Counted from the first letter of the stretch, positions 1-8,691 are shown. The stretch: 15,075 bases of DNA from Azolla caroliniana (GCA_043228905.1 JBHGNT010000819.1:1-15075); one strand, 5' to 3'. Notes: generated by a model not told the origin, from the sequence alone. Translations and numbers: made by a program.

Positions 1-12
1 CGTCGCTTCTAA
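1..12 (+). CDS. 3' end (RRF-stop) of an upstream copy of the 2S albumin-like gene, cut by the window edge
   Basis: CGTCGCTTCTAA matches the last codons of the other copies and is followed by the same 3' flank. Confidence 0.85.
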   Translation, partial: RRF

Positions 13-495
13 ATAGTACATAAACCTTGTTCAAATTATTCTCGTGGTCTCTCTCTAATTTCTCGTAAGTGTTTACGAACAAGTGCGTAAACGTAAACAC
101 GAGCACCAACGTCCCTCCAACACGAACGTAAACACGAGCACCAACGCATAGAATTTGCCTATAGGGACCGCAAACCACCCAAACGGAAAAAAAAACATCA
201 AAGCAGGACACCCATACCGCACACGCCACGGCAACGGCTAAGGCTAAGGTCAACTTGTACACGCGGCGAATGTGAACTTGCTTCCACACTTGCCCGATAG
301 GACACTCCTAGTGTGGTAGTCCGGTTAGCTTTCCTTGTCGTCGTCGTTACCAACCCCTCGTCCGTCCGAACGAGCGAGTACGGACACCGGTCTATCTACG
401 TTCATCGATGTAGCACACTCGGGAGCCACCACTCGTCCCCGCAGTAGCCTCCGCGTGCTTAGTGTCTCGGCACTAGCGCGTTCTAGTTTAATGTG

Positions 496-789
496 CACGT
501 GCCCGCACACCCCTACGCGCACGCGCGAGTGCGCACATTTACCTATGTATGTATAAATGTTATGTTGCTCGACAAGCTCTCGCGCGAGGAGGAGGAGTAC
601 CCGCTACAGGTTGCGCCCAGATTGTCTGGTGACAATACGACACCTAGGACTAGCCTAGACGTGTGGGAGGGTGGACTAGTTGGTATGGGTCTTGGGCAAG
701 AGTTGTACGCAGGACACACACGTTATGGTAATGGGAGTGGTGAGTGACATGCATGTGCTCTGATTGCATGGCCATGTGTATATATTAAA
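496..789 (+). promoter_or_regulatory. Seed/spore-maturation-type promoter, copy 1 (G-box, ACGT cores, RY elements, TATA)
   Basis: CACGTG at 496-501; ACGTGT at 659-664 and on the minus strand at 718-723; CATGCATG at 748-755; TGCATG at 765-770; TATATATTAAA at 779-789, 77 nt before the ATG. RY plus G-box is the established B3 (ABI3/FUS3/LEC2) plus bZIP module of storage-protein promoters. Confidence 0.75.
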
Positions 790-855
790 GGTGGAGGGAG
801 CAATGTCAATACAATCCATTAGGAGACAAGCACCGGGATCATAAGGACAATCGCA

Positions 856-1616
856 ATGGCAAAGCTTACTTCCGTATTCCTCATGGCCGTGATCATGCTC
901 GCCGCGTGTACCGCGGCCAATGCTAGGTCTGTAGGGCGGGACCGTGAAGAGGAGCGACGCGATCGACGTCGTGAGGGAGACATTGACGAGGAGAGGCGCG
1001 ATCGACGCCGAGAGGGGGAGTGCGATGACGAGAGGCGCGAGCGACGTCGTGAGGGGTTCCTTGAGGAGGGGCGCCGCTACAGAGACAACAAGAGAGACTC
1101 CGAAGAGGAAAGGGAACGTCGTAGCCGTGGTCGCGATGAGCCACGTGACGAGGAACTGAGGCGAGAGTGCGGTGATTTCATCGACAAGCAGATCCGAGAG
1201 CTACAAGAGCGCTCCGAAAGAGAGGAAGGTGAACAAGGACGTCGCTCCCCATGGATCGAAAACACTCGATACTCAACGTCGAACGAATCCCCGCCGAAGA
1301 TCGATGCGATCGCCTACGTGATGCCTTGTATGCTGACGAGGAGGAACGACGCAATGATGAAGGCCGACGCCATGGCCAACAATCAAGGGAACACCGTAGC
1401 TGGGAGGAAGAGGACGAGGAGCGCGAGAGAGATAGCAGCCGTGAGCGACGAGAGGGTGACGAACGCCGCCACCGCATGTCTCGACGACAAGAGGACGAAC
1501 GTCAACAACGTCGCCAATTCAAGGCCGATGACGAGGAAAGAGCTCTAGGCGTCGCCGCCTCCCGCCTACTCCAACAGTGCGATCTTCGCCCTCGTGCTTG
1601 TATTCGTCGCTTCTAA
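856..1616 (+). pseudogene. Frameshifted copy 1 of the 2S albumin-like gene (25-bp deletion)
   Basis: GACCCTCGGAACGGTGCTGCAGGAA is missing at ~1276. This removes the CC motif and shifts the frame, so the ORF ends at 1548 while the normal stop is at 1614-1616. A sequencing or assembly error is possible. Confidence 0.8.
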
Positions 1617-1715
1617 ATAGTACATAAACCTTGTTCAAATTATTCTCGTGGTCTCTCTCTAATTTCTCGTAAGTGTTTACGAACAAGTGCGTCTCCCCAA
1701 TCGCGCATTACACCC

Positions 1716-1777
1716 ACACGAACGTAAACACGAGCACCAACGTCCCTCCAACACGAACGTAAACACGAGCACCAACG
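1716..1777 (+). repeat. 27-bp perfect direct repeat x2 in the 3' flank (present in each unit; first repeat truncated in the leftmost unit)
   Basis: ACACGAACGTAAACACGAGCACCAACG at 1716-1742 and 1751-1777, separated by TCCCTCCA. Confidence 0.95.
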
Positions 1778-2125
1778 CATAGAATTTGCCTATAGGGACC
1801 GCAAACCACCCAAACGGAAAAAAAAACATCAAAGCAGGACACCCATACCGCACACGCCACGGCAACGGCTAAGGCTAAGGTCAACTTGTACACGCGGCGA
1901 ATGTGAACTTGCTTCCACACTTGCCCGATAGGACACTCCTAGTGTGGTAGTCCGGTTAGCTTTCCTTGTCGTCGTCGTTACCAACCCCTCGTCCGTCCGA
2001 ACGAGCGAGTACGGACACCGGTCTATCTACGTTCATCGATGTAGCACACTCGGGAGCCACCACTCGTCCCGCAGTAGCCTCCGCGTGCTTAGTGTCTCGG
2101 CACTAGCGCGTTCTAGTTTAATGTG

Positions 2126-2419
2126 CACGTGCCCGCACACCCCTACGCGCACGCGCGAGTGCGCACATTTACCTATGTATGTATAAATGTTATGTTGCTC
2201 GACAAGCTCTCGCGCGAGGAGGAGGAGTACCCGCTACAGGTTGCGCCCAGATTGTCTGGTGACAATACGACACCTAGGACTAGCCTAGACGTGTGGGAGG
2301 GTGGACTAGTTGGTATGGGTCTTGGGCAAGAGTTGTACGCAGGACACACACGTTATGGTAATGGGAGTGGTGAGTGACATGCATGTGCTCTGATTGCATG
2401 GCCATGTGTATATATTAAA
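2126..2419 (+). promoter_or_regulatory. RY/G-box/TATA promoter, copy 2
   Basis: Same motifs and spacing as copy 1 (G-box 2126, RY 2378-2385, TATA 2409-2419). Confidence 0.75.
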
Positions 2420-2485
2420 GGTGGAGGGAGCAATGTCAATACAATCCATTAGGAGACAAGCACCGGGATCATAAGGACAATCGCA

Positions 2486-3271
2486 ATGGCAAAGCTTACT
2501 TCCGTATTCCTCATGGCCGTGATCATGCTCGCCGCGTGTACCGCGGCCAATGCTAGGTCTGTAGGGCGGGACCGTGAAGAGGAGCGACGCGATCGACGTC
2601 GTGAGGGAGACATTGACGAGGAGAGGCGCGATCGACGCCGAGAGGGGGAGTGCGATGACGAGAGGCGCGAGCGACGTCGTGAGGGGTTCCTTGAGGAGGG
2701 GCGCCGCTACAGAGACAACAAGAGAGACTCCGAAGAGGAAAGGGAACGTCGTAGCCGTGGTCGCGATGAGCCACGTGACGAGGAACTGAGGCGAGAGTGC
2801 GGTGATTTCATCGACAAGCAGATCCGAGAGCTACAAGAGCGCTCCGAAAGAGAGGAAGGTGAACAAGGACGTCGCTCCCCATGGATCGAAAACACTCGAT
2901 ACTCAAGACCCTCGGAACGGTGCTGCAGGAACGTCGAACGAATCCCCGCCGAAGATCGATGCGATCGCCTACGTGATGCCTTGTATGCTGACGAGGAGGA
3001 ACGACGCAATGATGAAGGCCGACGCCATGGCCAACAATCAAGGGAACACCGTAGCTGGGAGGAAGAGGACGAGGAGCGCGAGAGAGATAGCAGCCGTGAG
3101 CGACGAGAGGGTGACGAACGCCGCCACCGCATGTCTCGACGACAAGAGGACGAACGTCAACAACGTCGCCAATTCAAGGCCGATGACGAGGAAAGAGCTC
3201 TAGGCGTCGCCGCCTCCCGCCTACTCCAACAGTGCGATCTTCGCCCTCGTGCTTGTATTCGTCGCTTCTAA
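2486..3271 (+). CDS. Secreted Arg/Glu-rich 2S albumin-like storage protein (prolamin superfamily), copy 2, 261 aa
   Basis: Hydrophobic signal peptide MAKLTSVFLMAVIMLAACTAANA with a probable A-N-A cleavage site. Albumin-like blocks LRRECGDFI, PSERCCRNVERIPAEDRCDRL and AASRLLQQCDLRPRAC. Start context gcaATGGC; intronless; RY/TATA promoter upstream. Confidence 0.85.
   Translation: MAKLTSVFLMAVIMLAACTAANARSVGRDREEERRDRRREGDIDEERRDRRREGECDDERRERRREGFLEEGRRYRDNKRDSEEERERRSRGRDEPRDEELRRECGDFIDKQIRELQERSEREEGEQGRRSPWIENTRYSRPSERCCRNVERIPAEDRCDRLRDALYADEEERRNDEGRRHGQQSREHRSWEEEDEERERDSSRERREGDERRHRMSRRQEDERQQRRQFKADDEERALGVAASRLLQQCDLRPRACIRRF
2576..2692 (+). repeat. Three imperfect 39-bp (13-aa) intragenic tandem repeats (present in each CDS copy)
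   Basis: EEERRDRRREGDI / DEERRDRRREGEC / DDERRERRREGFL, aa 31-69. Confidence 0.9.
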
Positions 3272-3780
3272 ATAGTACATAAACCTTGTTCAAATTATTC
3301 TCGTGGTCTCTCTCTAATTTCTCGTAAGTGTTTACGAACAAGTGCGTCTCCCCAATCGCGCATTACACCCACACGAACGTAAACACGAGCACCAACGTCC
3401 CTCCAACACGAACGTAAACACGAGCACCAACGCATAGAATTTGCCTATAGGGACCGCAAACCACCCAAACGGAAAAAAAAACATCAAAGCAGGACACCCA
3501 TACCGCACACGCCACGGCAACGGCTAAGGCTAAGGTCAACTTGTACACGCGGCGAATGTGAACTTGCTTCCACACTTGCCCGATAGGACACTCCTAGTGT
3601 GGTAGTCCGGTTAGCTTTCCTTGTCGTCGTCGTTACCAACCCCTCGTCCGTCCGAACGAGCGAGTACGGACACCGGTCTATCTACGTTCATCGATGTAGC
3701 ACACTCGGGAGCCACCACTCGTCCCGCAGTAGCCTCCGCGTGCTTAGTGTCTCGGCACTAGCGCGTTCTAGTTTAATGTG

Positions 3781-4047
3781 CACGTGCCCGCACACCCCTA
3801 CGCGCACGCGCGAGTGCGCACATTTACCTATGTATGTATAAATGTTATGTTGCTCGACAAGCTCTCGCGCGAGGAGGAGGAGTACCCGCTACAGGTTGCG
3901 CCCAGATTGTCTGGTGACAATACGACACCTAGGACTAGCCTAGACGTGTGGGAGGGTGGACTAGTTGGTATGGGTCTTGGGCAAGAGTTGTACGCAGGAC
4001 ACACACGTTATGGTAATGGGAGTGGTGAACCATGTGTATATATTAAA
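3781..4047 (+). promoter_or_regulatory. Promoter of copy 3, lacking both RY elements
   Basis: GTGACATGCATGTGCTCTGATTGCATGG (28 nt) is replaced by a single A at 4029. The G-box (3781) and TATA (4037-4047) remain. Confidence 0.75.
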
Positions 4048-4113
4048 GGTGGAGGGAGCAATGTCAATACAATCCATTAGGAGACAAGCACCGGGATCAT
4101 AAGGACAATCGCA

Positions 4114-4872
4114 ATGGCAAAGCTTACTTCCGTATTCCTCATGGCCGTGATCATGCTCGCCGCGTGTACCGCGGCCAATGCTAGGTCTGTAGGGCGGGAC
4201 CGTGAAGAGGAGCGACGCGATCGACGTCGTGAGGGAGACATTGACGAGGAGAGGCGCGATCGACGCCGAGAGGGGGAGTGCGATGACGAGAGGCGCGAGC
4301 GACGTCGTGAGGGGTTCCTTGAGGAGGGGCGCCGCTACAGAGACAACAAGAGAGACTCCGAAGAGGAAAGGGAACGTCGTAGCCGTGGTCGCGATGAGCC
4401 ACGTGACGAGGAACTGAGGCGAGAGTGCGGTGATTTCATCGACAAGCAGATCCGAGAGCTACAAGAGCGCTCCGAAAGAGAGGAAGGTGAACAAGGACGT
4501 CGCTCCCCATGGATCGAAAACACTCGATACTCAAGACCCTCGGAACGGTGCTGCAGGAACGTCGAACGAATCCCCGCCGAAGATCGATGCGATCGCCTAC
4601 GTGATGCCTTGTATGCTGACGAGGAGGAACGACGCAATGATGAAGGCCGACGCCATGGCCAACAATCAAGGGAACACCGTAGCTGGGAGGAAGAGGACGA
4701 GGAGCGCGAGAGAGATAGCAGCCGCCACCGCATGTCTCGACGACAAGAGGACGAACGTCAACAACGTCGCCAATTCAAGGCCGATGACGAGGAAAGAGCT
4801 CTAGGCGTCGCCGCCTCCCGCCTACTCCAACAGTGCGATCTTCGCCCTCGTGCTTGTATTCGTCGCTTCTAA
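4114..4872 (+). CDS. 2S albumin-like storage protein, copy 3, 252 aa (9-aa in-frame deletion)
   Basis: Same translation as the other copies except a 27-bp in-frame loss at ~4721-4724 (SSRERREGDERRHR becomes SSRHR). Confidence 0.8.
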   Translation: MAKLTSVFLMAVIMLAACTAANARSVGRDREEERRDRRREGDIDEERRDRRREGECDDERRERRREGFLEEGRRYRDNKRDSEEERERRSRGRDEPRDEELRRECGDFIDKQIRELQERSEREEGEQGRRSPWIENTRYSRPSERCCRNVERIPAEDRCDRLRDALYADEEERRNDEGRRHGQQSREHRSWEEEDEERERDSSRHRMSRRQEDERQQRRQFKADDEERALGVAASRLLQQCDLRPRACIRRF

Positions 4873-5381
4873 ATAGTACATAAACCTTGTTCAAATTATT
4901 CTCGTGGTCTCTCTCTAATTTCTCGTAAGTGTTTACGAACAAGTGCGTCTCCCCAATCGCGCATTACACCCACACGAACGTAAACACGAGCACCAACGTC
5001 CCTCCAACACGAACGTAAACACGAGCACCAACGCATAGAATTTGCCTATAGGGACCGCAAACCACCCAAACGGAAAAAAAAACATCAAAGCAGGACACCC
5101 ATACCGCACACGCCACGGCAACGGCTAAGGCTAAGGTCAACTTGTACACGCGGCGAATGTGAACTTGCTTCCACACTTGCCCGATAGGACACTCCTAGTG
5201 TGGTAGTCCGGTTAGCTTTCCTTGTCGTCGTCGTTACCAACCCCTCGTCCGTCCGAACGAGCGAGTACGGACACCGGTCTATCTACGTTCATCGATGTAG
5301 CACACTCGGGAGCCACCACTCGTCCCGCAGTAGCCTCCGCGTGCTTAGTGTCTCGGCACTAGCGCGTTCTAGTTTAATGTG

Positions 5382-5675
5382 CACGTGCCCGCACACCCCT
5401 ACGCGCACGCGCGAGTGCGCACATTTACCTATGTATGTATAAATGTTATGTTGCTCGACAAGCTCTCGCGCGAGGAGGAGGAGTACCCGCTACAGGTTGC
5501 GCCCAGATTGTCTGGTGACAATACGACACCTAGGACTAGCCTAGACGTGTGGGAGGGTGGACTAGTTGGTATGGGTCTTGGGCAAGAGTTGTACGCAGGA
5601 CACACACGTTATGGTAATGGGAGTGGTGAGTGACATGCATGTGCTCTGATTGCATGGCCATGTGTATATATTAAA
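5382..5675 (+). promoter_or_regulatory. RY/G-box/TATA promoter, copy 4
   Basis: Same motifs and spacing as copy 1. Confidence 0.75.
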
Positions 5676-5741
5676 GGTGGAGGGAGCAATGTCAATACAA
5701 TCCATTAGGAGACAAGCACCGGGATCATAAGGACAATCGCA

Positions 5742-6527
5742 ATGGCAAAGCTTACTTCCGTATTCCTCATGGCCGTGATCATGCTCGCCGCGTGTACCGC
5801 GGCCAATGCTAGGTCTGTAGGGCGGGACCGTGAAGAGGAGCGACGCGATCGACGTCGTGAGGGAGACATTGACGAGGAGAGGCGCGATCGACGCCGAGAG
5901 GGGGAGTGCGATGACGAGAGGCGCGAGCGACGTCGTGAGGGGTTCCTTGAGGAGGGGCGCCGCTACAGAGACAACAAGAGAGACTCCGAAGAGGAAAGGG
6001 AACGTCGTAGCCGTGGTCGCGATGAGCCACGTGACGAGGAACTGAGGCGAGAGTGCGGTGATTTCATCGACAAGCAGATCCGAGAGCTACAAGAGCGCTC
6101 CGAAAGAGAGGAAGGTGAACAAGGACGTCGCTCCCCATGGATCGAAAACACTCGATACTCAAGACCCTCGGAACGGTGCTGCAGGAACGTCGAACGAATC
6201 CCCGCCGAAGATCGATGCGATCGCCTACGTGATGCCTTGTATGCTGACGAGGAGGAACGACGCAATGATGAAGGCCGACGCCATGGCCAACAATCAAGGG
6301 AACACCGTAGCTGGGAGGAAGAGGACGAGGAGCGCGAGAGAGATAGCAGCCGTGAGCGACGAGAGGGTGACGAACGCCGCCACCGCATGTCTCGACGACA
6401 AGAGGACGAACGTCAACAACGTCGCCAATTCAAGGCCGATGACGAGGAAAGAGCTCTAGGCGTCGCCGCCTCCCGCCTACTCCAACAGTGCGATCTTCGC
6501 CCTCGTGCTTGTATTCGTCGCTTCTAA
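5742..6527 (+). CDS. 2S albumin-like storage protein, copy 4, 261 aa
   Basis: Translation identical to copy 2. Confidence 0.85.
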   Translation: MAKLTSVFLMAVIMLAACTAANARSVGRDREEERRDRRREGDIDEERRDRRREGECDDERRERRREGFLEEGRRYRDNKRDSEEERERRSRGRDEPRDEELRRECGDFIDKQIRELQERSEREEGEQGRRSPWIENTRYSRPSERCCRNVERIPAEDRCDRLRDALYADEEERRNDEGRRHGQQSREHRSWEEEDEERERDSSRERREGDERRHRMSRRQEDERQQRRQFKADDEERALGVAASRLLQQCDLRPRACIRRF

Positions 6528-7036
6528 ATAGTACATAAACCTTGTTCAAATTATTCTCGTGGTCTCTCTCTAATTTCTCGTAAGTGTTTACGAACAAGTG
6601 CGTCTCCCCAATCGCGCATTACACCCACACGAACGTAAACACGAGCACCAACGTCCCTCCAACACGAACGTAAACACGAGCACCAACGCATAGAATTTGC
6701 CTATAGGGACCGCAAACCACCCAAACGGAAAAAAAAACATCAAAGCAGGACACCCATACCGCACACGCCACGGCAACGGCTAAGGCTAAGGTCAACTTGT
6801 ACACGCGGCGAATGTGAACTTGCTTCCACACTTGCCCGATAGGACACTCCTAGTGTGGTAGTCCGGTTAGCTTTCCTTGTCGTCGTCGTTACCAACCCCT
6901 CGTCCGTCCGAACGAGCGAGTACGGACACCGGTCTATCTACGTTCATCGATGTAGCACACTCGGGAGCCACCACTCGTCCCGCAGTAGCCTCCGCGTGCT
7001 TAGTGTCTCGGCACTAGCGCGTTCTAGTTTAATGTG

Positions 7037-7330
7037 CACGTGCCCGCACACCCCTACGCGCACGCGCGAGTGCGCACATTTACCTATGTATGTATAAATG
7101 TTATGTTGCTCGACAAGCTCTCGCGCGAGGAGGAGGAGTACCCGCTACAGGTTGCGCCCAGATTGTCTGGTGACAATACGACACGTAGGACTAGCCTAGA
7201 CGTGTGGGAGGGTGGACTAGTTGGTATGGGTCTTGGGCAAGAGTTGTACGCAGGACACACACGTTATGGTAATGGGAGTGGTGAGTGACATGCATGTGCT
7301 CTGATTGCATGGCCATGTGTATATATTAAA
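7037..7330 (+). promoter_or_regulatory. RY/G-box/TATA promoter, copy 5, with an extra ABRE created by a SNP
   Basis: Same motifs as copy 1. C>G at 7185 gives GACACGTA (TACGTGTC on the minus strand, 7180-7187). Confidence 0.75.
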
Positions 7331-7396
7331 GGTGGAGGGAGCAATGTCAATACAATCCATTAGGAGACAAGCACCGGGATCATAAGGACAATCGCA

Positions 7397-8182
7397 ATGG
7401 CAAAGCTTACTTCCGTATTCCTCATGGCCGTGATCATGCTCGCCGCGTGTACCGCGGCCAATGCTAGGTCTGTAGGGCGGGACCGTGAAGAGGAGCGACG
7501 CGATCGACGTCGTGAGGGAGACATTGACGAGGAGAGGCGCGATCGACGCCGAGAGGGGGAGTGCGATGACGAGAGGCGCGAGCGACGTCGTGAGGGGTTC
7601 CTTGAGGAGGGGCGCCGCTACAGAGACAACAAGAGAGACTCCGAAGAGGAAAGGGAACGTCGTAGCCGTGGTCGCGATGAGCCACGTGACGAGGAACTGA
7701 GGCGAGAGTGCGGTGATTTCATCGACAAGCAGATCCGAGAGCTACAAGAGCGCTCCGAAAGAGAGGAAGGTGAACAAGGACGTCGCTCCCCATGGATCGA
7801 AAACACTCGATACTCAAGACCCTCGGAACGGTGCTGCAGGAACGTCGAACGAATCCCCGCCGAAGATCGATGCGATCGCCTACGTGATGCCTTGTATGCT
7901 GACGAGGAGGAACGACGCAATGATGAAGGCCGACGCCATGGCCAACAATCAAGGGAACACCGTAGCTGGGAGGAAGAGGACGAGGAGCGCGAGAGAGATA
8001 GCAGCCGTGAGCGACGAGAGGGTGACGAACGCCGCCACCGCATGTCTCGACGACAAGAGGACGAACGTCAACAACGTCGCCAATTCAAGGCCGATGACGA
8101 GGAAAGAGCTCTAGGCGTCGCCGCCTCCCGCCTACTCCAACAGTGCGATCTTCGCCCTCGTGCTTGTATTCGTCGCTTCTAA
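7397..8182 (+). CDS. 2S albumin-like storage protein, copy 5, 261 aa
   Basis: Translation identical to copy 2. Confidence 0.85.
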   Translation: MAKLTSVFLMAVIMLAACTAANARSVGRDREEERRDRRREGDIDEERRDRRREGECDDERRERRREGFLEEGRRYRDNKRDSEEERERRSRGRDEPRDEELRRECGDFIDKQIRELQERSEREEGEQGRRSPWIENTRYSRPSERCCRNVERIPAEDRCDRLRDALYADEEERRNDEGRRHGQQSREHRSWEEEDEERERDSSRERREGDERRHRMSRRQEDERQQRRQFKADDEERALGVAASRLLQQCDLRPRACIRRF

Positions 8183-8691
8183 ATAGTACATAAACCTTGT
8201 TCAAATTATTCTCGTGGTCTCTCTCTAATTTCTCGTAAGTGTTTACGAACAAGTGCGTCTCCCCAATCGCGCATTACACCCACACGAACGTAAACACGAG
8301 CACCAACGTCCCTCCAACACGAACGTAAACACGAGCACCAACGCATAGAATTTGCCTATAGGGACCGCAAACCACCCAAACGGAAAAAAAAACATCAAAG
8401 CAGGACACCCATACCGCACACGCCACGGCAACGGCTAAGGCTAAGGTCAACTTGTACACGCGGCGAATGTGAACTTGCTTCCACACTTGCCCGATAGGAC
8501 ACTCCTAGTGTGGTAGTCCGGTTAGCTTTCCTTGTCGTCGTCGTTACCAACCCCTCGTCCGTCCGAACGAGCGAGTACGGACACCGGTCTATCTACGTTC
8601 ATCGATGTAGCACACTCGGGAGCCACCACTCGTCCCGCAGTAGCCTCCGCGTGCTTAGTGTCTCGGCACTAGCGCGTTCTAGTTTAATGTG

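Noticed and set aside
431-441. 1-nt C insertion (CCCC versus CCC) in the leftmost unit
   Set aside because: Homopolymer variant in the spacer; probably slippage or a sequencing error with no evident effect.
550-557. TATAAAT as the core promoter
   Set aside because: It lies ~300 nt from the ATG and upstream of the RY elements. The TATA at 779-789 has the more typical position, although this cannot be excluded without TSS data.
325-747. Short spacer ORFs (62-100 aa) and their copies in each unit
   Set aside because: Mostly GTG/non-ATG starts, no recognisable domains, and some overlap promoter motifs. They recur only because the unit is repeated.
803-844. 13-codon upstream ORF
   Set aside because: Its ATG is only 24 nt after the start of the TATA box, probably upstream of the TSS, so it is unlikely to be in the mRNA.
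856-915. Bacterial lipoprotein (LAAC lipobox) with an AGGA Shine-Dalgarno-like site
   Set aside because: LAAC18 and upstream AAGGAC do resemble these signals, but the albumin-type Cys skeleton, RY/G-box/TATA promoter and gcaATGGC context fit a plant gene better.
1716-1777. CRISPR-like repeat
   Set aside because: Only two repeats with an 8-nt invariant spacer, no cas genes, and a eukaryotic gene context.
2553-3203. Alternative-frame and antisense ORFs inside the CDS (Ser/Arg-rich 141 aa, 133 aa, etc.)
   Set aside because: Expected shadows of a GC-rich, low-complexity R/E/D coding sequence with few stop codons.
2486-3271. Vicilin N-terminal (CxxxC) repeat protein, trichohyalin-like protein or SR splicing factor
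   Set aside because: No CxxxC pairs, cupin domain or RRM; the resemblance is compositional only.
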